Virus record (IMG/VR): IMGVR_UViG_3300029288_000131
Coordinates: 25,175 to 89,174 of that record
Source of the DNA: a virus
Lineage: Duplodnaviria; Caudoviricetes
DNA: 64,000 nucleotides
Direction: 5' to 3' (one strand)
Each line of letters starts with the position of its first letter. Positions within the stretch are counted from its first letter, which is position 1. The notes below the pieces were generated by a model. That model saw only the letters and a program-made list of their open reading frames with translations, ran no database searches and was not told the DNA's origin. The position numbers and the translations under genes were made by a program. This document shows, piece after piece, positions 55,548 through 63,625 of the stretch.

Positions 55548-55619
55548 GGCGAAACGTCCGGCCCCATTGGCCGGACGTCGTACAGGGGTGGCTCCCCTGT
55601 ACCTGACGACGCCAAGCCA
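55548..55619 (+). ncRNA. type II hammerhead ribozyme 2
   Basis: GGC-GAAAC-[GTCCGGCC/GGCCGGAC]-GUC cleavage after 55579-[GTACAGGGG/CCCCTGTAC]-CUGACGA-C-GCC; pseudoknot TGGCT with AGCCA. Confidence 0.93.
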
Positions 55620-55642
55620 TTCTAGCAAGAGGAGACCAAGAG

Positions 55643-55837
55643 ATGACCAGAAAAGACGAAGCCCACAAGGAAGCGGTAGAGTTGAAGAAGCTGGAAGACT
55701 ACTGCCGTGAGGGCTGGGGAGACCCCTGCAAGGATGGACACGACTGGAAGGATGCGTCCTCCGCCGGTCCAGACAGCGGCAACGCCGACGTGGAGTGCCG
55801 CCGGTGCGGTGAGTACCGTAGCATTCCGCTCTACTAA
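55643..55837 (+). CDS. small zinc-binding protein
   Basis: C..GHDW...CRRCG; GAGGAGACC RBS. Confidence 0.65.
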   Translation: MTRKDEAHKEAVELKKLEDYCREGWGDPCKDGHDWKDASSAGPDSGNADVECRRCGEYRSIPLY

Positions 55838-55889
55838 CGGCCATCTGCGTAGGGCACCGGGAGGCCGGTGCCCCTCGTTGATTTCCGTT
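55836..55889 (+). ncRNA. long irregular hairpin, divergent motif A member
   Basis: AACGG/CCGTT closing, GGGCACCGG/CCGGTGCCC apical stem. Confidence 0.5.
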
Positions 55890-55913
55890 CCTACTGGTAG
55901 AGGAGACCAAGAG

Positions 55914-56105
55914 ATGAAAGCGATCAAGACGTGGGTGATGTCCATCATCATCCGGGCAGACTGCCCGGTCGGATCGGTCGAGCAGCTCTACTCGCTGGTC
56001 GTTCGGGCACAGAACCACCTGGCCGCCCGCCGTGCCGCCCTGGAGTTCTGCTGGCGTCAGGGGTGGCTGGTTACTGGGTTCGAGCACGAGGAAGTCCAAG
56101 TGTAA
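55914..56105 (+). CDS. hypothetical protein
   Basis: GAGGAGACC RBS. Confidence 0.6.
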   Translation: MKAIKTWVMSIIIRADCPVGSVEQLYSLVVRAQNHLAARRAALEFCWRQGWLVTGFEHEEVQV

Positions 56106-56155
56106 CGATCTTCCTTCCAGCCCTTCTCGCTGAAGGGCTGGGGATGAGGACCGTT
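56104..56155 (+). ncRNA. unassigned hairpin motif A
   Basis: AACGATCTTCCTTCCAGCCC...GGGCTGGGGATGAGGACCGTT. Confidence 0.55.
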
Positions 56156-56181
56156 TGCTTACTCAATTCTGGGAGATCAAG

Positions 56182-57666
56182 ATGAACCTGATCGAGAGTC
56201 TGAAGCATGCCCGACGAGCGGGCGTGCCGCTGGTGGCCATCGCCACCGCGGACCCTGCCGCCACCATCCAATCGGTGGCAACGGGTGTCAACAACGCCCC
56301 GATGATCGTATGGGACGTCCAGCGTGGCGTCCGCCCGGTCAACGAGCGGGGAGAGGAAGCGATGGCAGTGATCAACATCGAGAACACCGTGGGCAACCCC
56401 CTCGGCCTTCTCGACGAGGCCGTTCGGCTGCCCCAAGACACGGTGCTGTTCGTGATGAACGCGCCGAAGGTCACGGAGGCCGCCGGGTTGCCCTGGCTGC
56501 AGGGCGTTTGGAATTTACGAGACCAGTTCAAGCGGGACCGGCGAATGCTGATCCTGCTCGGACAGGACTCGACCCTACCTGCCGAGCTGGAGAACGACGT
56601 AGTGGTGTTGGATGAGGCGTTACCGACCGCCGCGGAGCTGGAGCAGATCGTTCGAGAGATCGATGCTGCGGCCTCAGATGCATGTGTCACTCGGCCGACG
56701 GCGGACGACGACACGATTCGACGTGCCGTCGAGGCCGTCATGGGATTGGCAGCCTTCCCCGCCGAGCAGGCCGTGTCAATGGCCGTTCGCAAGGATGGGA
56801 TCGACCTGAACCATCTCTGGGAGGTCAAGAGGTCGATGATCGAAGAGACACCTGGATTGGGTGTCTGGCGGGGTGGCGAGACGTTCGCCGACATCGGTGG
56901 ACTGGACAACGCCAAGGACTACTGCCAGTCGAAGATCACGGGCAAGCGTAACTACGGCGCAGTGGTCTTCATCGACGAGATCGAGAAGCTGCTAGCAGGT
57001 GCCACCGAGGGCACCGGAGACAGCTCCGGCGTGAGCCAGGGATTCTTGCAAGTCCTGCTGACGTACATGCAGGACAACAACGTCGCTGGCATGATCTTCG
57101 TCGGCCACCCTGGAGCGGGGAAGTCGATGCTTGCCAAGAGCATCGGAGCCGAAGCTGGCGTCCCCACCATTGCACTCGACACGAACGCGATGAAGGGCAG
57201 CTTGGTGGGTGAGTCCGAGGGACGCATCCGCCGGGCACTCAAGGTGGTGACGGCGGTGAGCAACGGCCGTCCGTTGTTCGTGGCTACGTGCAATCGAATC
57301 GCCACCCTGCCCCCCGAACTCCGCCGCCGGTTCACTGGTGGCACGTTCTTCTTCGACTTGCCTGACGAAGAGGAGCGGGAGGTGATCTGGTCGTACTACA
57401 TGAAGAAGTACGACCTGCCGAAGCAGAAGCGCCCGAACGACACGGATTGGACGGGCGCTGAAATCAAGGCTTGCTGCGAGGGTGCTTGGGAGCGAGACGT
57501 GCCGCTGATCGATGCTGCACGGTTCGTCGTCCCGGTAGCGAAGGCCGATCCTGAACGGATCTCCCGCCTTCGCAGCGAAGCGGCTGGTCGATACATCTCG
57601 GCCAGTCACAGCGGGACCTATCGTCAGCCGCAAGCCCTGGAGGGCAAGCGGAGGGCTGTTGGATAA
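56182..57666 (+). CDS. AAA+ ATPase (Ycf46-like, degenerate N-terminal plus active C-terminal domain)
   Basis: TFADIGGL, GHPGAGKSM, FIDEIEK, VATCN, PPELRRRF, FFDLP, TGAEI. Confidence 0.88.
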   Translation: MNLIESLKHARRAGVPLVAIATADPAATIQSVATGVNNAPMIVWDVQRGVRPVNERGEEAMAVINIENTVGNPLGLLDEAVRLPQDTVLFVMNAPKVTEAAGLPWLQGVWNLRDQFKRDRRMLILLGQDSTLPAELENDVVVLDEALPTAAELEQIVREIDAAASDACVTRPTADDDTIRRAVEAVMGLAAFPAEQAVSMAVRKDGIDLNHLWEVKRSMIEETPGLGVWRGGETFADIGGLDNAKDYCQSKITGKRNYGAVVFIDEIEKLLAGATEGTGDSSGVSQGFLQVLLTYMQDNNVAGMIFVGHPGAGKSMLAKSIGAEAGVPTIALDTNAMKGSLVGESEGRIRRALKVVTAVSNGRPLFVATCNRIATLPPELRRRFTGGTFFFDLPDEEEREVIWSYYMKKYDLPKQKRPNDTDWTGAEIKACCEGAWERDVPLIDAARFVVPVAKADPERISRLRSEAAGRYISASHSGTYRQPQALEGKRRAVG

Positions 57667-57727
57667 CGGTCTCCCCTCCGCCCTCCCAGTGCTCGTAGCA
57701 TTCGGGAGGGCGGGGCTGGTGATCGTT
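57665..57727 (+). ncRNA. unassigned hairpin motif A
   Basis: AACGGTCTCCCCTCCGCCC...GGGCGGGGCTGGTGATCGTT. Confidence 0.65.
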
Positions 57728-57756
57728 TCTATTACTCTGGTTTGAGGAGACCAAGC

Positions 57757-58608
57757 ATGTCAACAGTTTTCGACAAGACGGTCTGTCTGACCGTCACGTT
57801 CCACCTGCCCGGTGCCCACCGGCGAGCCGACCTGACCGGCATCGAGACGGATGCCGACAAGGACGTGCTCAAGCTGACGAAGCGGATCTTCGACAGCGCG
57901 TCGTACAAAGACGCACAGCGTCTGGCGGGCGACACTCGCAAGTGGCTGCGAAGCCGTTCGCTGCCGTCACCGCTGGCAGAGGGGTCCTACTTGATCCCGA
58001 AGTCCCTGGTGGACGAGGTGGTGCAGAAGCTGGACGACGTCGTGGTGGTCTACAACGAGCTCGGAGACGAGTTCGCGGCGGAGTACCCCACCATCGTCGA
58101 GGAGTGGAAGGAGCGGCTTCGCAGCCAGTACGACGCCCGGAACTACCCGAACGTCCAGGAGGTTCGCAGCCGGTTTCGCGTGAGCCGGATGTTCGTGGAC
58201 TTCCAACTGGCGAGGCCGGACCAGATCGACCAGTCCTCCGAATTGCAGGAGGCGATGGTCGAGATCAAGGCCGCCCTTCGGTTCGGCCTGCTGGGGCTGG
58301 TTCAGAAGCTCGCCTCCATGTTGGGCGAGCGGAAGGACGGTAAGAAGAAGGGGCTGCGGGGCGACGCGGTGGAACGGTTCAAGGAGTGGATGGAGCTGCT
58401 CCCCGCCCGTAACATCCTGGACGACGCAGAGCTGGTCAAGGTGGCTGCTCAGGCCCGGGCACTGATGTCCGGCAAGTCGATGGACGACCTCCGGGACATC
58501 GGTCAGGTGCGGGACGAGGTGCGGCAGGGGATGGAAGAGGTGGCCGAGTCGCTCAAGGGCTTGGTCAAGGACCTGCCTTGCCGGGCGTTCAGCCTGGACG
58601 ACGAGTGA
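57757..58608 (+). CDS. DUF3150-like protein
   Basis: Helical 283 aa; GSYLIP, FAAEYP, NYP.VQEVRSRF; family recalled, not searched. Confidence 0.55.
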   Translation: MSTVFDKTVCLTVTFHLPGAHRRADLTGIETDADKDVLKLTKRIFDSASYKDAQRLAGDTRKWLRSRSLPSPLAEGSYLIPKSLVDEVVQKLDDVVVVYNELGDEFAAEYPTIVEEWKERLRSQYDARNYPNVQEVRSRFRVSRMFVDFQLARPDQIDQSSELQEAMVEIKAALRFGLLGLVQKLASMLGERKDGKKKGLRGDAVERFKEWMELLPARNILDDAELVKVAAQARALMSGKSMDDLRDIGQVRDEVRQGMEEVAESLKGLVKDLPCRAFSLDDE

Positions 58609-58609
58609 A

Positions 58610-58679
58610 GTCGAATCCGATCCAGGGACGGGTCGGACGCAGCGGGTTGGGTTCCCGCTGCCTGATGATGACAGCCCAA
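58610..58679 (+). ncRNA. type II hammerhead ribozyme 3, core variant U15.1-A16.1
   Basis: GTC-GAAT-[CCGATCC/GGGTCGG]-AC cleavage after 58638-[GCAGCGGG/CCCGCTGC]-CUGAUGA-U-GAC; pseudoknot TTGGGT with GCCCAA. Confidence 0.85.
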
Positions 58680-58696
58680 GTAGAAGGAGACCGACC

Positions 58697-59008
58697 ATGC
58701 CGTGCTGGGAAGTGAGAACGGTCAGCGTGGAGTTCAAGGCCGACAACCGTGCCTTGCTCAACGCTGCTATCGAGGAGTTGGGATGGCGACACCAAGTTGC
58801 CAGCAACGGAGAGGTGATCATCAACGGTGGTGACATCACCCTCGACCTCGTTCGAGAACGAGCCACGGTCAGGGACAGCCAGCAAGCCGCCCTGAACCAG
58901 CTCAAGCAAGCCTACAGCCGCCAGGCGGTGAAGTCTGCCGCCAAGCGGTTCAACTGGGCCTGCAAGATGCAGGGAAACAACGCCACCGTTACCAAGATGA
59001 ACTGGTGA
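58697..59008 (+). CDS. DUF1257 (Ycf35)-like protein
   Basis: LLNAAIEELG...LKQAYSRQAV..AAKRFNW. Confidence 0.55.
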   Translation: MPCWEVRTVSVEFKADNRALLNAAIEELGWRHQVASNGEVIINGGDITLDLVRERATVRDSQQAALNQLKQAYSRQAVKSAAKRFNWACKMQGNNATVTKMNW

Positions 59009-59022
59009 AAGGAGACCATGCG

Positions 59023-59235
59023 ATGAAGAACCAATTCAAGATCGAGATCTTGGAGGACGGGACCATTAGCGTAGAGACCGAGTCGTTCGACCCGCAAGTC
59101 CATGCCCAGGCAGACGAGCTGGTCCGACACCTCGGCAAGCTGATGGGTGGCAAAGTGGAGATTCGCGAGAAGCGATCCCACGCCAAGCAGCACAGCCACG
59201 GGCACGACCATGCCCATCACCACCACCATCACTGA
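59023..59235 (+). CDS. DUF2997-like protein with His-rich tail
   Basis: IEILEDGTISVET...LGKLMGG; HSHGHDHAHHHHH. Confidence 0.55.
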   Translation: MKNQFKIEILEDGTISVETESFDPQVHAQADELVRHLGKLMGGKVEIREKRSHAKQHSHGHDHAHHHHHH

Positions 59236-59238
59236 GCC

Positions 59239-59299
59239 AACGGCCTCCCCTCCGCCCCCGATGGACTTACACCCGTCGGGGGTGGGGATGGTGATCGTT
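59239..59299 (+). ncRNA. unassigned hairpin motif A
   Basis: AACGGCCTCCCCTCCGCCC...GGGTGGGGATGGTGATCGTT. Confidence 0.65.
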
Positions 59300-59321
59300 C
59301 CTCCAACAGAAGGAGATCGTG

Positions 59322-59471
59322 ATGAAGAGTAGTGACAGGTTGCTTGAGATGCAGAAGTGGGGAGTGCGGCGGGAGGTGAAGCATCGGCAGTCGAAGCGGG
59401 TGCACCACGCCACCAAGGGCACGCCACCCCGTGGCCGGTCGTCGAACGTGCCGTCGAGCAAGAGCAAGTGA
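59322..59471 (+). CDS. 49-aa basic peptide
   Basis: AAGGAGATC RBS; not in track. Confidence 0.45.
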   Translation: MKSSDRLLEMQKWGVRREVKHRQSKRVHHATKGTPPRGRSSNVPSSKSK

Positions 59472-59559
59472 CGGTCTCCCCTCCGCCCCTGTGACCGATG
59501 CTTGTAGTCGGCCATGTTCTACGGGCGCTTTCGTTACAGGGGCGGGGATGGTGATCGTT
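59471..59559 (+). ncRNA. unassigned hairpin motif A with long apical insert
   Basis: ACGGTCTCCCCTCCGCCC...GGGCGGGGATGGTGATCGTT. Confidence 0.65.
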
Positions 59560-59588
59560 TTCTAGCAACCCAACCGAAGGATTTCCTT

Positions 59589-59927
59589 ATGGGCAAAGCA
59601 AAGCACAGCCCGTTGCCGTGGCGCCTCGGCGACCTGGCTGACTCGATCGTGTGCGACAGCCTCGACGGGCTGCCGTGCAAGTCCACCCGGTACTACGGCG
59701 GCACTTTGGTATGCGAGTCATGTCAGATAGCGGACCGGGAATTCATCATCCGAGCTGCCAACTGCCATGATATGTTGGTGGAGGTCTTGGAGCAGTACGC
59801 GTTGCCATACTCGGATGACGAACTTGACCAGCTTGCCATGACGGCCAGCGGACGGGGCGAAATCTCGCGGGAAGATGCACAGCGTGAGGTCCGCCGCCGT
59901 GCCGTCATTGCCAAGGCCACCAGCTAA
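59589..59927 (+). CDS. hypothetical phage protein
   Basis: KHSPLPW...VCE...REFIIRAANCHD.L pattern common in phage early genes. Confidence 0.65.
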   Translation: MGKAKHSPLPWRLGDLADSIVCDSLDGLPCKSTRYYGGTLVCESCQIADREFIIRAANCHDMLVEVLEQYALPYSDDELDQLAMTASGRGEISREDAQREVRRRAVIAKATS

Positions 59928-59957
59928 CCGCCGGCAACGCCGGCAGGAGACCAAACA

Positions 59958-60143
59958 ATGAAGATCATGGGAGCTGAAACCGTCGTGACGTTTGCGAAGG
60001 GATACGCCCTTCGCGATCCCGATACGGGACGCTGGCATCTGGTGGGCTACGACGCCCGTAAGTCCTTCCGTCACCTGTGGGACGTGAGGTCCTACGTTCG
60101 ACGCCTGACCCGCTACCGCCGCCAGCACGGGCAGGAGGTGTAG
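59958..60143 (+). CDS. hypothetical protein
   Basis: AGGAGACC RBS. Confidence 0.55.
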   Translation: MKIMGAETVVTFAKGYALRDPDTGRWHLVGYDARKSFRHLWDVRSYVRRLTRYRRQHGQEV

Positions 60144-60144
60144 T

Positions 60145-60525
60145 GTGACAGCAACACAAGTCGAATCGAGATGGGGACCAATCGTCTCCCAATACAACTC
60201 GACCCGAACGCCGGAGATCGTGTACGATGTTCGGTATAAGGGCGGCAAGTACTCTTGCAATTGCCCGGGCTGGCGATTCCGCAAGTCCTGTCGTCACGTC
60301 CGACACGCTCAGGAGAACAACATCACCGACGCAGCTCCCACGTATGAAATGCCGTGGGAGGAGAAGGTGTTGGAGGAGGTACTTGCGGCTGCCGCCGTCC
60401 TGGTCAACAAGACCGCCCAGCAACGCATGCTGACCGTGCTGAAGAAGTACCTCGGGCATCCCAAGCCCGAGGCGACCATGCCAGCACCCACCACCGGAGC
60501 GATTCGGATGTTCACGTTCGACTAG
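60145..60525 (+). CDS. SWIM zinc-finger protein
   Basis: Y.V......SCNCPGW.FRKSCRHV. Confidence 0.8.
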   Translation: MTATQVESRWGPIVSQYNSTRTPEIVYDVRYKGGKYSCNCPGWRFRKSCRHVRHAQENNITDAAPTYEMPWEEKVLEEVLAAAAVLVNKTAQQRMLTVLKKYLGHPKPEATMPAPTTGAIRMFTFD

Positions 60526-60529
60526 GAGG

Positions 60530-60871
60530 ATGACTATGACGAGGATGTGGATGGTGCCTCCGAAGTTGCTTTGCCGTCAGCACCTGCTTGGCGAGCACAA
60601 GGAGTTACATCAATTGGTAGGGACAATTCGAGCCGGGCGGCTCTCGGTGATCAAAGGACACGCCCGGCTCGGGCAGGTACAGTGCCGCAGCATCATAAAG
60701 CGGCACGAAGAACTGGTTGCTGAAATGATCAAGCGTGGATACAACCACGCATCGCCCCTCGGGGACTTCGAGCAGTTGGATCTCGGTGAGGTGGACATTG
60801 AAAAGAACTTGGCAGACCTTCGACACCGTTGTGAGCGGTGCCGACATCTTCAGCAAGGAGACCAGAAATGA
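60530..60871 (+). CDS. denV: pyrimidine dimer DNA glycosylase/endonuclease V-like
   Basis: MTRMW.VPP..LCRQHLLGEHKELH, RHEELVAEMIKRGYNH. Confidence 0.85.
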   Translation: MTMTRMWMVPPKLLCRQHLLGEHKELHQLVGTIRAGRLSVIKGHARLGQVQCRSIIKRHEELVAEMIKRGYNHASPLGDFEQLDLGEVDIEKNLADLRHRCERCRHLQQGDQK

Positions 60872-61023
60872 ACTTCATGGACAAGGTCAATGAACTGTTG
60901 AAGCAGGTGAAGTCGATTGATGTTTTAGAGTGGGAGAGTGCTCCAAAGCAACACATTGAGGTGCTTCGGGACTGCTTGGTGGAGACTCTCGAATTGATCA
61001 AGGACCTCAACCCGGAGCCGTAG
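60868..61023 (+). CDS. hypothetical protein
   Basis: AAGGAGACC RBS, ATGA coupling. Confidence 0.5.
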   Translation: MNFMDKVNELLKQVKSIDVLEWESAPKQHIEVLRDCLVETLELIKDLNPEP

Positions 61024-61032
61024 GAGGATGCA

Positions 61033-61251
61033 ATGATCGTGAAGAAGAAAGATCGAGTCTCTGCTCTTGAGATAGACCTGACTGGCCCAGACGGTAACGC
61101 CTTGGTACTGCTGGGCACCGCCGGACGCTTGGCGAAGCGTCTCGGACTCGATGTCAAGTCCATCCAAGACGACATGATGTCGGGAGACTACGAACACCTG
61201 ATCGAGGTGTTCGACAAGCACTTCGGAGACTTTGTTACGCTACTTCGCTAA
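61033..61251 (+). CDS. conserved small phage protein
   Basis: IDLTGPDGNA..LLG...MMSGDYEHLI. Confidence 0.7.
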   Translation: MIVKKKDRVSALEIDLTGPDGNALVLLGTAGRLAKRLGLDVKSIQDDMMSGDYEHLIEVFDKHFGDFVTLLR

Positions 61252-61268
61252 CCAGAAGGAGGTTCGAG

Positions 61269-61451
61269 ATGAAGCACGGATACCACATGACGTGCAAGGG
61301 CGAGAGCTACTGGGGCATCCCGTTGATGATGGACGGGAAGCCGACGAAGCAGATCTCTCGTGACCTGCACAAGATGCGGCCCAAGCTCAAGAAGCGATGG
61401 GCCACTCGGAACGTAGGACGCTACCGTCCCTGCAAGGTGGTAGTGGTGTAG
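61269..61451 (+). CDS. hypothetical protein
   Basis: AAGGAGG RBS. Confidence 0.55.
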   Translation: MKHGYHMTCKGESYWGIPLMMDGKPTKQISRDLHKMRPKLKKRWATRNVGRYRPCKVVVV

Positions 61452-61458
61452 GGGAACA

Positions 61459-61531
61459 GGTCCCGTAGCTCATTGGTTAGAGCGGCGGCCTTATAAGCCG
61501 CGTGTAGCAGGTTCGATTCCTGCCGGGACTA
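61459..61531 (+). tRNA. tRNA-Ile (anticodon UAU), no encoded CCA
   Basis: GGTCCCG/CGGGACT acceptor, GCTC/GAGC D-stem, GCGGC-CTTATAA-GCCGC anticodon arm, GCAGG-TTCGATT-CCTGC T-arm. Confidence 0.93.
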
Positions 61532-61566
61532 ATGGACGGTAAGATCCTCTAGCAAGGAGACCAAGG

Positions 61567-62067
61567 ATGATAGCACCTCAAGCGTGCATCGACACCTACC
61601 AAGATGTCGAACGGATGCTCTGCCAGTTGTGCTGGCGGTTCGTTGAGAAGAACGGAGGGGACTTTGAGGAAGCAAAGTCCGTTGCCAACGTGGCATTCGT
61701 TCGGGCGTTCTTACGGTTCGACAGCAGCAAGGCACAGTTCACGACGTGGGCATGGTGGGCGATCACCCACGACCTGCTGAGCTGGAAGCAACGGGAGTCG
61801 AAGTGGGGAGTACGTCATGTCCTGAGAGAGGAACTGGACGGCAACCCCGCCCCGTGCAAACGCCAGCACATCGCCGAACAAGTGTCGGAAGATGGGAAGG
61901 CTATCGTTTCTATGGTGATCGAATCCTACGACGACTTCCGGCACGTCCTGAGACGACACGGTGCGTCCCAGGTGCGTAGGAACATTACCCGCCGTTGCAA
62001 GGCATGGGGCTGGACGGTGGGCAGGATCAGCGATGCCTTTGCCGAGCTGAGGGAGGTCTGCCGATGA
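61567..62067 (+). CDS. sigma-70-family-like factor
   Basis: Region-2-like DFEEAKS.A.VAF.RA..RFDSSKAQFTTWAWW.I. Confidence 0.7.
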   Translation: MIAPQACIDTYQDVERMLCQLCWRFVEKNGGDFEEAKSVANVAFVRAFLRFDSSKAQFTTWAWWAITHDLLSWKQRESKWGVRHVLREELDGNPAPCKRQHIAEQVSEDGKAIVSMVIESYDDFRHVLRRHGASQVRRNITRRCKAWGWTVGRISDAFAELREVCR

Positions 62068-62282
62068 AGATGCGATTGTTCCTGAAGAAGTTCGGGGGCA
62101 AGTGGTGGATAATGGGTCGAGACGGTGAAGGGCCGTGGGGGCCCTATGATAATAGAAAAGAGGCAAACGAGGACCGTCAGGGCATCGTTCGAACAATGTT
62201 GAACGAAGATGTCCCCGGCTACGCTACGGTTGACAGGCCCGAGGAAATCGAAGAGAGAAAAGCCAGGCATAGAAAATGCTAA
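62064..62282 (+). CDS. hypothetical protein
   Basis: GGAGG RBS; WWI.......GPYDNRKEA. Confidence 0.6.
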   Translation: MKMRLFLKKFGGKWWIMGRDGEGPWGPYDNRKEANEDRQGIVRTMLNEDVPGYATVDRPEEIEERKARHRKC

Positions 62283-63625
62283 CGCCGATCCACTATCAAA
62301 CGGAATGCCTGAACGAAATGGACTGGTTCGGTGGTCGGGTTCTGTTGGCCGCCGACATGGGCCTAGGCAAGACTGCGATGGCTCTCTGGTTCCTAGAACG
62401 TGATAAGTCCAAGCGACTGCCAGCCGTTATCGTTTGCCCGGCGTCCGTCAAGTACGTCTGGGAATACGAAGCTCAACAAACGATCGGCATACGCCCGGAC
62501 GTTGCCGAGGGACGTAAGCCCCCGCGTGGTGGATGGTCCGACAACAACGACATCATTGTCATCAACTACGACATCCTGCCGTGGTGGCTAATACACCTGA
62601 AGCAGCGTCGAGCCAGGACCGTCATCATTGATGAATGCCAATTCACAATGAATCCCAGGGCCAAGAGGACGAAGGCCGTGCGGGAGTTGTGCAAGGGGGT
62701 CAAGCATGTACTAGCCCTCAGCGGCACACCGTTGCTCAACCGTCCCATCGAACTGTTCCCGGTCCTGAAACTGATCTGCCCCAGCAAGTTCTCTGCCAGA
62801 GGTGCTTTCGCCCATCGGTATTGCAAACCCAAATGGACGCCGTGGGGATGGCAGTTCAATGGAGCAGACAACGTAGAGGAGCTGCACGAGAAGCTTCGAG
62901 ACAGCTGCATGGTGAGACGTCGAAAGGTTGACGTGCTGCCAGACCTGCCTGAGAAGTTGAGACGGGTGATACCGTTGCCCTTGAGCAGCGACAGTGAGTA
63001 TCAACTAGCCAGCAAGGACTTCCTGAACTGGCTGCGACGACGTGATCCCTCTGCAGCACAACGTGCCAGCAAGGCAGAAGAGCTGTCCCGCATAGGGTAT
63101 TTGCTGAGATTGTGTGCTCGGTTGAAGCTGCTGTCAGCCGTCGAATGGATCAACGATTGGCTGTACCAGACGGATGAGAAGCTGGTGGTGTTTGCCAGAC
63201 ATGCCAAGATGGTGGAGGCGTTGAAACGACGGTGCAAGGTGGAGTCGGTTGTGGTGGACGGTTCTGTCACTGGCAGGCTGCGCAAGGCGGTGGTAGACAA
63301 GTTTCAAGAGGACAAGCGAACTCGGTTGTTCATCGGGAACATTCATGCTGCTGGTGTGGGCATCACTCTGACAGCGTCCAGCACCGTGGTATTCACTGAG
63401 ATGGCTTGGCGACCGGCAGACCATACCCAAGCGGAGGACAGGTGTCACCGGATCGGAACGAAGCAAACGGTTTGGTGTTACTACCTCGTGGCACGGGATA
63501 CGATAGAGCAACGATTGTGTGAGGTGATACAGAAGAAGCAATCCGTCATAAGCAACATACTGGACGGAAAGGATGTGGGTGATTTGGACGTGTTCGACCA
63601 ATTGCTAAAGGAGATGAAGAAGTGA
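62276..63625 (+). CDS. SNF2/SMARCAL1-like helicase
   Basis: LLAADMGLGKT, IIDECQ, LSGTPLLNR, VRRRK, AAGVGITLT, QAEDRCHRIG. Confidence 0.93.
   Translation: MLTPIHYQTECLNEMDWFGGRVLLAADMGLGKTAMALWFLERDKSKRLPAVIVCPASVKYVWEYEAQQTIGIRPDVAEGRKPPRGGWSDNNDIIVINYDILPWWLIHLKQRRARTVIIDECQFTMNPRAKRTKAVRELCKGVKHVLALSGTPLLNRPIELFPVLKLICPSKFSARGAFAHRYCKPKWTPWGWQFNGADNVEELHEKLRDSCMVRRRKVDVLPDLPEKLRRVIPLPLSSDSEYQLASKDFLNWLRRRDPSAAQRASKAEELSRIGYLLRLCARLKLLSAVEWINDWLYQTDEKLVVFARHAKMVEALKRRCKVESVVVDGSVTGRLRKAVVDKFQEDKRTRLFIGNIHAAGVGITLTASSTVVFTEMAWRPADHTQAEDRCHRIGTKQTVWCYYLVARDTIEQRLCEVIQKKQSVISNILDGKDVGDLDVFDQLLKEMKK

Noticed and set aside
55836-59559. A bona fide integron
   Set aside because: No integron integrase in the window and no full attC R-box consensus; kept only as a hypothesis for motif A
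61532-61566. tRNA-associated ribozyme downstream of tRNA-Ile
   Set aside because: The 35-nt spacer is too short and lacks the nested pseudoknot
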